Below are positions 37,654 through 47,546 of a stretch of 64,000 nt of DNA, piece by piece (within the stretch, counting starts at the first letter, position 1; each line of letters opens with the position of its first letter). The notes beneath the pieces are model-generated. The model was not told where the DNA came from. It saw only the letters and a program-made list of their open reading frames with translations, and did not search any database. Origin of the DNA: a virus (taxonomy: Duplodnaviria > Caudoviricetes); the IMG/VR virus record IMGVR_UViG_3300029288_000101, positions 32,001 through 96,000 of that record; one strand, 5' to 3'. The position numbers were made by a program, and so were the translations under genes.

Positions 37654-37905
37654 TTAAAATTTCTTACATTTTTTATAATTTTTAATTATTATTTCAAATG
37701 TTTCTTTACTAAGAAAAAAATTATTTACTCTAATTTTATTTTTTAATGAATAAAAATTACACGCTGGTTTATTATGATTTTTAGGATCATATTCTATTAC
37801 AGAAATAGCTATTTCCTTAGCTTTGTTTATTGACAATATTATTCTCTTATTATAAAGTCTTGTTACTATTCCGTTAGAATAAATTTTATTTGTAAGTCTT
37901 TTCAT
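37654..37905 (-). CDS. hypothetical protein
   Basis: ORF track. Confidence 0.55.
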   Translation of the reverse strand: MKRLTNKIYSNGIVTRLYNKRIILSINKAKEIAISVIEYDPKNHNKPACNFYSLKNKIRVNNFFLSKETFEIIIKNYKKCKKF

Positions 37906-38315
37906 ACTTTATGTTTTAAAAATATTTTGTCAATCATTTCAATAAGGTCTAATACATCTGAATTTTTGCGTTTTTCGAATTCTTCTTTTAATCCTTCTAA
38001 AAGTTGCTCTCTCGTTATGCGCTGAGGTATGTTTAATGTATCTAACAAACTACATTGCGTAGCAACAGGTTGTTTGAGACGATACGCAAATTTTCCTTTT
38101 GTCACTGAATGAAAACAAATTTTATTTGCATCAGTCCTTTCAAACAAATTTGTATTACTATAAAGGAATATTAATATGTTTGACCACGCCCAGCCATGAT
38201 ATTTATAATCTAACTTCCTTCGCAAAATATAAGAAGTATACCAGCAGCCATCGTTCATTATGGGTGCTATTATCTGAAGTAAATTATCAACGGTTCTTTT
38301 GTTTGTTGTTTTCAT
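37902..38315 (-). CDS. hypothetical protein (winged-helix-like)
   Basis: ORF track. Confidence 0.55.
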   Translation of the reverse strand: MKTTNKRTVDNLLQIIAPIMNDGCWYTSYILRRKLDYKYHGWAWSNILIFLYSNTNLFERTDANKICFHSVTKGKFAYRLKQPVATQCSLLDTLNIPQRITREQLLEGLKEEFEKRKNSDVLDLIEMIDKIFLKHKV

Positions 38316-38328
38316 ATATCTGTTAAAT

Positions 38329-38754
38329 CTAAAAATAATTCAAGTTTCTATTTGTTGCGCTTAATTTTAAAACTTCTTCCCATTCCCATTCGTAACATTT
38401 CTTTAATATAACTTGAGCTAATCTGTCGCCTTGTTTGAATATAAATGGTTGTTTTGAACAATTATGTACTATCAATTTTATTTCATTACGATAGTTTTCG
38501 TCAATAGTACCTGGAGAGTTTAAAATAAATACGCTTGTTGTCGCCGCCAGGCCACTACGACTTCTAATTTGAAATTCATAACCTTCAGGCAATTCAACAA
38601 ACAAGCCTGTGCCTATAACTTTTGTATCACCTGAATGTAAACATACAACAGGATCAGTTCCAGGTAAATCAGCTCTTAAATCCATACCAGCATCGCCTAT
38701 ATGTTCATACTGAGGGAGGGGATTCTTTGATTTGTTAATAATTCTTACTTTCAT
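38329..38754 (-). CDS. dut: trimeric dUTPase lacking motif V
   Basis: AGMDL, RSGLA, GTIDENYRNE, GDRLAQ; ends TNRNLNYF with no GFGST. Confidence 0.9.
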   Translation of the reverse strand: MKVRIINKSKNPLPQYEHIGDAGMDLRADLPGTDPVVCLHSGDTKVIGTGLFVELPEGYEFQIRSRSGLAATTSVFILNSPGTIDENYRNEIKLIVHNCSKQPFIFKQGDRLAQVILKKCYEWEWEEVLKLSATNRNLNYF

Positions 38755-38822
38755 ATAGTTTTTCTTCTTAAATATTGCCCCGAAAGATTTAATTTATTAA
38801 CTTTGTTAAATAAAAATCTCAA

Positions 38823-39062
38823 TTAATTCTTTTTTTTCTTATACAGGAAAGAGATTGCTTCGTTTTTTAAAAATTCAGAAACTTCTTTTTCATTCATGGG
38901 TTCTTCACCAAGCAATCGCAAACAGCTCTCAAAACCCTTTATAAAATTTATAACATCTCGCCAATCTTTTTTCTCTACACTTCTTAAAAATTCTATGTCT
39001 TTCAAAGATAATTCTCGTTGAAGCTCTTTTTTAAAGGCGTTTTTATCAAAAATTATGGCCAT
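38823..39062 (-). CDS. hypothetical protein
   Basis: ORF track. Confidence 0.6.
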   Translation of the reverse strand: MAIIFDKNAFKKELQRELSLKDIEFLRSVEKKDWRDVINFIKGFESCLRLLGEEPMNEKEVSEFLKNEAISFLYKKKKN

Positions 39063-39201
39063 TTAAGACTGTTTTTGTGTTTAATTTTAAAATTTTAAGT
39101 ATTTCCTTATTAAAGGAATTGATAATGTCAAACAGTCTTCTTTTCTACTGTTTTAATTATCTATAAAGGTACAATGTTTTTTACAATTTTATTTTACTGT
39201 T

Positions 39202-39507
39202 TTAAGAATATATTGAAATTTTTTGATTCTTACTAAATGAAACCTTGTTTGTTTTTTTATTTTCCAACCATTGCTCAAGCTCTATCACTGTAGACTTTGA
39301 ATTTTGACCAATTTTTAATTTTATAAAATCAGAAACATTATACCCGATAAATTTATACATTGTTCCTCCGTCCAATTCATTAGTAGGATTATCCTCAAAA
39401 CTTTTTATTAACCAATACTCAAACTCCTTTAAATTCTCTACTACAAGAATTTGATTCCCTTGTCCAACTATTGTTTCTAATATCAATGTTCTTATTTGCG
39501 AATCCAT
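39202..39507 (-). CDS. hypothetical protein
   Basis: ORF track. Confidence 0.6.
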   Translation of the reverse strand: MDSQIRTLILETIVGQGNQILVVENLKEFEYWLIKSFEDNPTNELDGGTMYKFIGYNVSDFIKLKIGQNSKSTVIELEQWLENKKTNKVSFSKNQKISIYS

Positions 39508-39513
39508 AACAAA

Positions 39514-40143
39514 TTAATTAACAAGTTCGTGTTTTATTTTATTTATCTTCTCTTTAATTGAATTAAATAATCTATAATATTCATTTTCATTAATAGAATT
39601 ATCTTTTATAAAATCTTTAATCTTAATTTGCTCTATTTTCGATAAAAAAACTTTTTCTTCTTTTTCTGTTAAGTTTAAGATTTTGCTATAATAGCCTAAA
39701 AAATCTGCTCTTGATTCTTCTGTTATTTTTAAATTAAGAAAATTTTTATGATTTTCAATCTTTAAATTCCTCAAATAACTTTCATCCATTATTCTCTTCA
39801 GACCTCTAGTCAAGGAAGTATTAAAATACCAAAAAAAATCCTTACCACTCTTAGTATTAAAAGAACTTTGAATACACCGTTCAAAAATTATATAACATTC
39901 ATTAATCAAATCCTCTTTTGTGTAAATGCAAGGTTTATCAAAATTTCTTATAAAATAAAAAAAATTATTTATATTTTTTATAATGATTACACCCATGCTT
40001 CTAAACAAAGACAATTTATATTGTTCTACTATTTTAGCATTTTTGCACTTACGACAAATCATTAAATAACAATTAGTTTTTCTTTTATCAAAGCCTCTTT
40101 CGATTTTAGACAAAGAATAATAAGAAATTTTTTCTATTTTCAC
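39514..40143 (-). CDS. phage sigma70-family factor
   Basis: Region 2-like EDLINECYIIFERCIQ...GKDFFWYF; region 4-like LTEKEEKVF...HTH. Confidence 0.65.
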   Translation of the reverse strand: MKIEKISYYSLSKIERGFDKRKTNCYLMICRKCKNAKIVEQYKLSLFRSMGVIIIKNINNFFYFIRNFDKPCIYTKEDLINECYIIFERCIQSSFNTKSGKDFFWYFNTSLTRGLKRIMDESYLRNLKIENHKNFLNLKITEESRADFLGYYSKILNLTEKEEKVFLSKIEQIKIKDFIKDNSINENEYYRLFNSIKEKINKIKHELVN

Positions 40144-40168
40144 TATGCTAAAATTTTAAATTAATTTC

Positions 40169-40516
40169 TTAATTCTTTCCTGTTTTATCGAATCTTCTTA
40201 TCATTTCTACTTGTTTTTCCTTTACATTTTTCAAAAAATGTTGATGGCTGCGCTTTTTCAATTCAGCCTTCTTTTGTTCTGGTGTCATAGAACCTATTTT
40301 TGCAAAAGAAATAGACAGCAAATCACTCCTAGAATCTTCTGCAGAGTTTATTCCTTTACTATAAAGAATCTCACCACATCTATCACAAGCTTCTGGCTCA
40401 AATTCATCGCCATATGGTTTTGTAATTATTACCATTTTATGATAACCATTACAATTTATATTATTACACCAATATAAAAAATCGCAAGAATCCTCTGATT
40501 TATATACTTTCATCAC
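40169..40516 (-). CDS. zinc-ribbon protein
   Basis: CNNINC...CDRCG; KKRSHQHF. Confidence 0.6.
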   Translation of the reverse strand: MMKVYKSEDSCDFLYWCNNINCNGYHKMVIITKPYGDEFEPEACDRCGEILYSKGINSAEDSRSDLLSISFAKIGSMTPEQKKAELKKRSHQHFLKNVKEKQVEMIRRFDKTGKN

Positions 40517-40541
40517 ATTTTTATTTTAAAATATTCTTTAT

Positions 40542-41006
40542 TTAATTTAATTCGTTTATCGCTAATTCTCTTATCCACATAGCATCTGCAACGTTATCGT
40601 CCGCTCCTCTATATCCTAATTTTTTTATAGCAGCCTGAACCATAAGTTTTTTATTTGCATTTCCCTTCCCAGTTGCAAACTTTTTTATCTCACTTGCGGA
40701 AAAACCTCTTGTTGGAATATCATTCTCAATACCAAACTTCTCTATCACCCCCACAAATTTACTATGGGAGATAACAGCATTAGCATGAAAACCAGAAGGT
40801 CGTTCATAAACTATGTATTCAATTTTTTCTTTTTTAACTATTTCTTCAATATTATTATTAAAGCGCATCAATTTTATACCAAATCCCGCTTCATCCCTTT
40901 TTAATTTAAAATCCCAGACCCCATACAAACCAGAAGATGTTGCGAACCCTGTTTTTTCTGCGGGATCAATTGCTAATATTCTTAACTGCTTCTTTTTTTC
41001 TTTCAT
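40542..41006 (-). CDS. ruvC: RuvC-like Holliday junction resolvase
   Basis: LAIDP, VYE, IKKFATGKGNANK, DNVADA. Confidence 0.9.
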   Translation of the reverse strand: MKEKKKQLRILAIDPAEKTGFATSSGLYGVWDFKLKRDEAGFGIKLMRFNNNIEEIVKKEKIEYIVYERPSGFHANAVISHSKFVGVIEKFGIENDIPTRGFSASEIKKFATGKGNANKKLMVQAAIKKLGYRGADDNVADAMWIRELAINELN

Positions 41007-41016
41007 AACTTCATTT

Positions 41017-41826
41017 TTATTTTAATTTAAAATCTGTACCATTCTTAATCACATCAGAATAAGTTAAATTACAATACTCATCAATCCAATCAGCTATAAA
41101 AAATAGTTTTGTACACCCAACCACTACACCAAAAACAATAGGATCTTTTGGTTTTGGTTTTTCTGTATAATACACATTTTTTATTTTCTCCTTATCATAA
41201 TACAAAATATAAAAATTATCAAATATCTTTAATTTATCAGCTTTATTTATTTTTTGACAAACTCCATTTGGTATTATTTTATCAAAATTATCAATTTCAA
41301 CCAAACACAACCCTCTTTTACTAGATTTTATAAAATTAATCAAAGATTCTTCTGTTTGATATCTATTAAATTCAGTAGAAGCAAGTTTATTCTCTATTTC
41401 AATTATTTCCTTATCATCTAATAATCCTTTTCTTGCTTTTACTTGCATAGAAGTTTCTAAATCATTTAAAAGTTTTTTAATAATTTCTTCTTCTTTTAAA
41501 TTAATCTTTAAAGTAGTAAGTGCTGCTCTTATCTTAAGAAAAGTCTCAACTGGTTCTTTTGGTTTTGATTTCAAAAACAATAAAAATTTAATATAAGATT
41601 CAACTAAATTTCTTCTAAATTTATTTTTATAAATTCTTTTTATAGTAAAAGGTATTCCATCCCAAATATTTTCTGATCTAATTTGTTGTTCCCACGCATT
41701 GTTTCCAGTTATATCAGTCAATACTGATGTTACTCCATCTGAGAGGGGTTTCTTATCTTTTGATAAATTATAATTAATCCTAACTGGATGTAGCATTAAT
41801 ATTTGTTTTAAATCATTTGATAACAT
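41017..41826 (-). CDS. conserved hypothetical phage protein
   Basis: KDPIVFG...FIADWIDEYCNLT motif. Confidence 0.7.
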   Translation of the reverse strand: MLSNDLKQILMLHPVRINYNLSKDKKPLSDGVTSVLTDITGNNAWEQQIRSENIWDGIPFTIKRIYKNKFRRNLVESYIKFLLFLKSKPKEPVETFLKIRAALTTLKINLKEEEIIKKLLNDLETSMQVKARKGLLDDKEIIEIENKLASTEFNRYQTEESLINFIKSSKRGLCLVEIDNFDKIIPNGVCQKINKADKLKIFDNFYILYYDKEKIKNVYYTEKPKPKDPIVFGVVVGCTKLFFIADWIDEYCNLTYSDVIKNGTDFKLK

Positions 41827-41853
41827 AAGAATATATTTTTAATTTATTTTCTT

Positions 41854-43725
41854 TTATTCTGTAATCATTTTAGAAACATTGTTTTTAAAACTGACTAATA
41901 TCTGATTGTCCCATCCAATGTCGTTATTGTGATGACTCACCACCAATGTCGTTATTTCACTTTTTTTAAAAATTTCAAGCACTGCTGCCTGTCCTTTATT
42001 ATCTAGTCCTTCTAAATATTCATCCATTAACAACAAATCTAAACCGCCACTCTTTGATGTCGAGTTTATCATTCGCTGAAGGGTCAAAATGCCACAACTA
42101 TTAATGCGCTGTTTTTGACCACCAGAAAATCGTTTAAAATTTTTATACGTTCCATCTCCTTTTCCCACTAATATATCTATCTTTTCAGATATTTTTCCAT
42201 TCTTTAATTTTTTGTAACCATTAATAATGATGGTGAGATTTGTTTTGAATTGTTTTAAATATTTGTTTACATAACCTTCAATGAATATTAATGCTTTATT
42301 TGCTAAATAAGTTGAAAAGCCTGAGTTTCCAAAATTAACTTTCCAAAACTTTAATTCATTCATCTTATTCTCTAAGCCTAACAACTCATCTTTCAAAATA
42401 GTCATTTGCTTTTTTATTTTTCCTATCAATCCAACAAGCTCTATAATTTTAGTCTTATTAATTGTGTAATTTTGAATGTCCTTAATGGTCTTCTCAATCT
42501 TCTCAATATTATCTTTCTTAGTTCTAACACTTTCATTAAAAAAATCTAAATCATTCTTCTTATTATTTAGCTTTCTCTCAAAACTATCTAATAAATCTAC
42601 TGATTCTTTTTGTTTACTCAATTTCACTTTTAACTCCACTATATTTTGCTCAAATTTTTCTATTTGAGATTCTACAGCAATAGACTCTTCTTCATACTTC
42701 TTAAGCAATTTTTTTACAATTCCTAAATTTATTTCTGGAGAGGTAAACGAAAATTCATGGCTACATTTAGGACAAGTTATTGATTGCTTTAATATTTTTT
42801 TATTTTCAACAATTTTATAAGAAAGTGAAGCATGATTTTCTTCTTTTACTTCAAGTTCTTTTCTCTTATTTTCAATATCTTCTTTTATCTTTTTTATTGT
42901 TCCTGGTTTTTGTTTTTCTTTCAATTCCATTAATTGAATACCTAATTCATTTACAGAGTCTCTTATAACTACTCGCTCCTCTATTGTATCTTTTAAAACC
43001 TGCTTTGTTTCTTTTAAAAGATTATTCTGTACCTTTAATTGTTCTTCTATTAATTGCTCTTTATTCTTTTGTTCATTTTCAAGCTGTTCCTTATAAACTT
43101 CCAACTTTCCTTCAAAATTAACTAATTTAGAAGACGCTTCCTCATATTTAATACTCAATTTTTTTAAATCTTCATCTATAAATCTTAAAACTCTCTCTAA
43201 CATCACTGAATTAGTAAACCTGGCAATGATTCTTTTCTTCTCACCATCAGTAGATTTAAAGAAAGAACTACTGTTCTCTTGATTAATTAAAAAATAATCC
43301 AACAAATCTTCTTTAGAAATCCCTATTAATTCCAATATTCTTTTATTAGCATCATCAACAGAAACTAAATTTTTCTCTATTTTACCGTTTTCTTCAATAG
43401 TTACCACTTCAGATTTTCCTCGCTCAAACTTCCGTTTGATGAGCAATTCCTTCTTCAAAAACTTGTTGACTAATAATCCTTCCAAGAAGCATGTTTTTCT
43501 TCCATCTCTGATATAATCCTCTTTTAAAATATCACGATTTGTTATGTCAAGTAACAATATAGAGATTGCTTCTATTATTGAAGATTTTCCGGAGCCATTT
43601 GAGTCAGCTCCCTCATCATCTAAATTTAAACCGTATAAAAGTGTGGTTTGGTTTGATAAGGGTTCTATTAAAGTATCTTTATGAGAACGAAAATTTTGAA
43701 TTTTAATATAACTTAATTGCCACAT
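41854..43725 (-). CDS. SbcC/Rad50/gp46-like ATPase
   Basis: NGSGKSS, CPKC zinc hook, FSGGQ, LLMDE, VSH. Confidence 0.93.
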   Translation of the reverse strand: MWQLSYIKIQNFRSHKDTLIEPLSNQTTLLYGLNLDDEGADSNGSGKSSIIEAISILLLDITNRDILKEDYIRDGRKTCFLEGLLVNKFLKKELLIKRKFERGKSEVVTIEENGKIEKNLVSVDDANKRILELIGISKEDLLDYFLINQENSSSFFKSTDGEKKRIIARFTNSVMLERVLRFIDEDLKKLSIKYEEASSKLVNFEGKLEVYKEQLENEQKNKEQLIEEQLKVQNNLLKETKQVLKDTIEERVVIRDSVNELGIQLMELKEKQKPGTIKKIKEDIENKRKELEVKEENHASLSYKIVENKKILKQSITCPKCSHEFSFTSPEINLGIVKKLLKKYEEESIAVESQIEKFEQNIVELKVKLSKQKESVDLLDSFERKLNNKKNDLDFFNESVRTKKDNIEKIEKTIKDIQNYTINKTKIIELVGLIGKIKKQMTILKDELLGLENKMNELKFWKVNFGNSGFSTYLANKALIFIEGYVNKYLKQFKTNLTIIINGYKKLKNGKISEKIDILVGKGDGTYKNFKRFSGGQKQRINSCGILTLQRMINSTSKSGGLDLLLMDEYLEGLDNKGQAAVLEIFKKSEITTLVVSHHNNDIGWDNQILVSFKNNVSKMITE

Positions 43726-43739
43726 AAAGTTCTACTGTG

Positions 43740-44759
43740 TCAGAGTTTCTTTAAATAACATAACCCTGTTGACATTTTATTTTTTTTAATTTTATTGTCT
43801 TCACAAAACTGATGGAAGGATTCAATTATACTACTCTTATTAAATCCTTCAAAAACTATTTCTTGCACAACCTCAATAGATTTTGTTATCTTAATGTCTT
43901 CCTTCTTTACATCAATACCAACTTTTTCAAATTGTTTTTTATCTATTTGAACTAATTGATCGTCACTACCCTTAAAAACAAATCTCACGAAATTTTCTGA
44001 ATTGGCATATTTTTCTTTAGCTTCCTGAATCTCTTCTAATCCCACTTCTCCTAATACAAAAACTTTCTTTATATATTTCTTAAAGTTTAAAGATTGATAC
44101 TCAAAGCTGCCATCATCATAAAGTACAATAAAACCTTTCTTATTATCTTCTCCATAATTTTGAGGACATAACCCTCCGATATAATGAATATTGTTCCCTA
44201 TTTGCTGACGATTATGGTAATGCCCAAGAAATACATTTTTGAATGGCTTTAATAAAGAAGGACTCACACCATCTTCTACTACAGAACCATCATTATTCTT
44301 AGCACCATTAGCTGAAAAATGTGATATTAAAATTTTATCTCCTTCTACACTATCAATTAAAGATTTTAATCTTTCTGTCATTTGTGTTTTAAAATAAGGT
44401 AAAAAACAAACAGAAAGATTCTCAATCTCAACCACCACTTGTTTATTAGCTAAAAAGAAATTTGAAAATTCATTATACACATCTAAATAAGATTGTTCAC
44501 TATCAGCATCTTGCTTATCGTGATTGCCAGGTACGGCAAAAATCTGAAAATCTTTTAAGCAATATAATATTTTCTGAAAACCTAATAATGTTGGTAGAGG
44601 TTGTCCAACACGAGACTGAAATATATCACCAGCAATGATTATATTATTAATTTGATTTTCTTTTGCATAAACCTTAATCTGTTTAATCAAAGACAAAATA
44701 GAATCTGAATTAAGTTTTGTTAAATGGATATCTGATATAAGAATTGCTATTTTCTTCAT
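43740..44759 (-). CDS. SbcD/Mre11/gp47-like nuclease
   Basis: SDIH, AGDIF, GNHD, GHYH. Confidence 0.92.
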   Translation of the reverse strand: MKKIAILISDIHLTKLNSDSILSLIKQIKVYAKENQINNIIIAGDIFQSRVGQPLPTLLGFQKILYCLKDFQIFAVPGNHDKQDADSEQSYLDVYNEFSNFFLANKQVVVEIENLSVCFLPYFKTQMTERLKSLIDSVEGDKILISHFSANGAKNNDGSVVEDGVSPSLLKPFKNVFLGHYHNRQQIGNNIHYIGGLCPQNYGEDNKKGFIVLYDDGSFEYQSLNFKKYIKKVFVLGEVGLEEIQEAKEKYANSENFVRFVFKGSDDQLVQIDKKQFEKVGIDVKKEDIKITKSIEVVQEIVFEGFNKSSIIESFHQFCEDNKIKKNKMSTGLCYLKKL

Positions 44760-44775
44760 AATTTTTCTATAAAAT

Positions 44776-44930
44776 AACCAACTAATAGGATTCTTCTTTT
44801 TAAAATTAGCTTACTCACCTGCTTTATTTCAAATACACAGTTGCTTAATTATCCTAATTTCCCATCGTTATGTGACTTTGCTTATTGCGATAGGTCAAAT
44901 ATATTTCCTCATCACGATTATTAGTTGATT
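44776..44930 (-). ncRNA. candidate structured RNA C between recA and sbcD
   Basis: 12-bp closing helix AATCAACTAATA/TATTAGTTGGTT with nested stems. Confidence 0.6.
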
Positions 44931-46005
44931 ATTCTAACTCTTTTTCTGATAGGACATCTTTATGTCTTTCACTTGTAATTTTCTGATGTAGTATTGATAA
45001 AAATTTATTCTTATCCTTATACAACTTAAAGAATGTTCTTGGTGAGTTCCATGACATTTTTAAAAAAGAATATTTTGTTGCACTTTCCTTCTTTATTATT
45101 CCTTTTTCAACACCGTATTCAATATCCTCACTACTTAAAACTATACCTTCACCTAATAATATAGTGAATTCAGTCTTTTTACGACTACCAAAATCATTCT
45201 TCTCTACTTTTATAATACCAGTTTGAGCAACCTCAACATCATCAAGTCTAATCCATTCTTTAAATATTGTTCTTATTCGAGCGTATGGGATATACTCAAT
45301 CCAACCTCCTCCAGTACTATTATAACCACCAGTGTTAAAATCAGCAATTAAGTGATTCAAACAAATAAAAATAATATCTTTTTCATATAATTGAGCTAAA
45401 ATTGATTTTACACTAGATTTGGCTGATTTTGCAAAATCAGCCATCTTAACATGTTTGAATTCAGTTGCAGTACCTTTTTCTGCATTCTTTCTGGAAATTG
45501 CCACATTTTCTTTAAAGGTGGAAAGTTCGCCTCTGGCGAGGGTTGACCCAATCGAATCCCAGAATGCATATATTTTAGGTTTTCCAGGAAGTTTCTCTTC
45601 TTTCCAAATAGCTTCTGTCTCATCAATTAATATTTGAAATCTAAAAAATAAATCATCAACAAACTTACTTTTTATAATAATTACATTCTCAGTATTTACT
45701 CCAATTTTTTCTGCATATAATTTATTATCCCTATTCTCGCTTGATAATATCACACAAAGACCATCAGGATATTTTTTCTGAAAATTCTTCATTATTTGCA
45801 AAGCAAGAGTGGTTTTCCCTGACCGTGATTTTCCTGCTATTTCAATTATACCAGGACAAAAACCTAAAGTTCCCATATTATAATCAAAACATGGTACTCC
45901 TGAAGGAATCCACACATTTTTTTCAGAAAACATATTCTTCTCACTAAATTTAAAGGTATCTCCACCTTTTTCCATCCTTCTAATCACTTTATCTACTATT
46001 CCCAT
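44929..46005 (-). CDS. recA: RecA/UvsX recombinase
   Basis: GKSRSGKTT, WDSIG, ICLNH, STGG, VEKN. Confidence 0.9.
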   Translation of the reverse strand: MGIVDKVIRRMEKGGDTFKFSEKNMFSEKNVWIPSGVPCFDYNMGTLGFCPGIIEIAGKSRSGKTTLALQIMKNFQKKYPDGLCVILSSENRDNKLYAEKIGVNTENVIIIKSKFVDDLFFRFQILIDETEAIWKEEKLPGKPKIYAFWDSIGSTLARGELSTFKENVAISRKNAEKGTATEFKHVKMADFAKSAKSSVKSILAQLYEKDIIFICLNHLIADFNTGGYNSTGGGWIEYIPYARIRTIFKEWIRLDDVEVAQTGIIKVEKNDFGSRKKTEFTILLGEGIVLSSEDIEYGVEKGIIKKESATKYSFLKMSWNSPRTFFKLYKDKNKFLSILHQKITSERHKDVLSEKELE

Positions 46006-46047
46006 ATGTTTATTGTTTTAATTACTAATATAAATCTTCACTTTTAT

Positions 46048-46118
46048 TTGCAGAGTAACCAGGATTCGAACCTGAATGGTTTTAACCATTAAGAATACCA
46101 ATTATCTCTTATTACTCT
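46048..46118 (-). tRNA. tRNA-like element without a canonical anticodon arm
   Basis: Acceptor AGAGTAA/TTACTCT, T arm TCAGG-TTCGAAT-CCTGG, D arm AGAG/TTCT; central AATGGTT-AA-AACCATT hairpin. Confidence 0.6.
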
Positions 46119-46212
46119 AACCAACCCCTTAAACAAAACTTTTATAAAATAGAGAATACACTCTTCAGATTATAAAATATTTAAGGCTGGGATTTGCTTC
46201 TTCCCATATCTA

Positions 46213-47484
46213 TTAATCGTCGTCATCGTCTAAGACAATCTTTTTCTTCTTTTTCTTAGGAGTTTCGTCCTCATCCTCTTCGTCATCTTCTTCATCGTCA
46301 TCATCGTCCTTATTTGTTTTATTGAGACGATTTTTAATATCAGAGAGAGTCATTTTCTTTTCTCCTGTTTTCTTTTTCTTTGGTGTATCATCCTCATCAT
46401 CGCCTTCAATTACCTTTTTCTTAGGAATCTCATCGTCGTCATCGTCATCGTCGTCTTCTACTATGACTTTTTTCTTTTTCTTAGGCACTTCATCCTCGTC
46501 ATCATCGTCAAGCACAATTTTTTTATGTTTCTTTTCTGGCTTTTCATCTTCATCATCCTCATCATCGTCAATCACCACTTTTTTCTTTTTCTTTGGTGTA
46601 TCATCCTCGTCATCGTCGTCATCAATTCTTTTCTTCTTTAAATCGGCTGATGTTGTAGATTTTTTAGAATATTGTTTGCGAACTTTTTCTTTAATTTCTT
46701 CAAATTCTTCCGACTCAAAAACATCCATATCATTTTCCTCATCAAAGAATTTTAATCCTTCCAAAGCTAATTCAAAATTTTGAAGATTATAATTGTTGCG
46801 ATAAATTTCTGTTAACGATTTAATAGAATCAAAATCTTCCAATTCTTCTTCTGTAAGGGCGGTAGGCTTTTTTGCTAATGTTACTTCATATTTTGCTTTC
46901 TGACCTTTTTTCTTTGGAGTATAAGTAATAATAATTGCACGACCCTCATCAGGGTCAGTAAAAGGATCTATTTCAATAGGGTCGTCAGCGTCTTCTACAG
47001 TTGCCTCTTTATTCATACCATCTCTAACCATTTTCTTTATTTCAAGAAAACCAAATTCAGATGATTCTTTTTCAACCTTCTTTGCATACATAATCCAAGA
47101 AGTAGATGGCAAAAGTCCTTGATTCCAACTAACTAATTTGCTTAATTTTTCAGCAGCATCTTCATCATCAGAATCAGCATACTTTGCCTTACACGACTTG
47201 ACATACTCTTCTATGATGTCAAATTTCGTTCCTCCATGAACTCTACTATTAGGAACAGTTTTACGTTTTTCTTCACCTTCTTCATCTTCTACTGTTATCC
47301 AATGCACAACTCTTGTTTGATAATATTGTTCCTCACCAGGATGTTTAGGAAAAATCCTAAACTTATTCGCTCCTGGCTCAATACTTAAAAAATCAGACCT
47401 GGAGGATAGACTCGCATCCTCTTCCTTGATTTTGTTCTTTAAGACAGCAACTTTAGTTGCTGAATATTTTTCTCTTAGTCCCAT
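46213..47484 (-). CDS. single-stranded DNA-binding protein (gp32-like) with D/K block tail
   Basis: NKFRIFP, VHW, DPDEGRAIII; next to recA; acidic C-terminus. Confidence 0.75.
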   Translation of the reverse strand: MGLREKYSATKVAVLKNKIKEEDASLSSRSDFLSIEPGANKFRIFPKHPGEEQYYQTRVVHWITVEDEEGEEKRKTVPNSRVHGGTKFDIIEEYVKSCKAKYADSDDEDAAEKLSKLVSWNQGLLPSTSWIMYAKKVEKESSEFGFLEIKKMVRDGMNKEATVEDADDPIEIDPFTDPDEGRAIIITYTPKKKGQKAKYEVTLAKKPTALTEEELEDFDSIKSLTEIYRNNYNLQNFELALEGLKFFDEENDMDVFESEEFEEIKEKVRKQYSKKSTTSADLKKKRIDDDDDEDDTPKKKKKVVIDDDEDDEDEKPEKKHKKIVLDDDDEDEVPKKKKKVIVEDDDDDDDDEIPKKKVIEGDDEDDTPKKKKTGEKKMTLSDIKNRLNKTNKDDDDDEEDDEEDEDETPKKKKKKIVLDDDDD

Positions 47485-47546
47485 AGTTTTGTCTTGTTTT
47501 AATTAATAAATCGGTTTATTTTATAGATTAACTTTGTTTTAATTCC

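Noticed and set aside
45408-45626. 72-aa - strand ORF inside recA, and likewise 50174..50392
   Set aside because: Alternate-frame overlaps of better-supported reading frames
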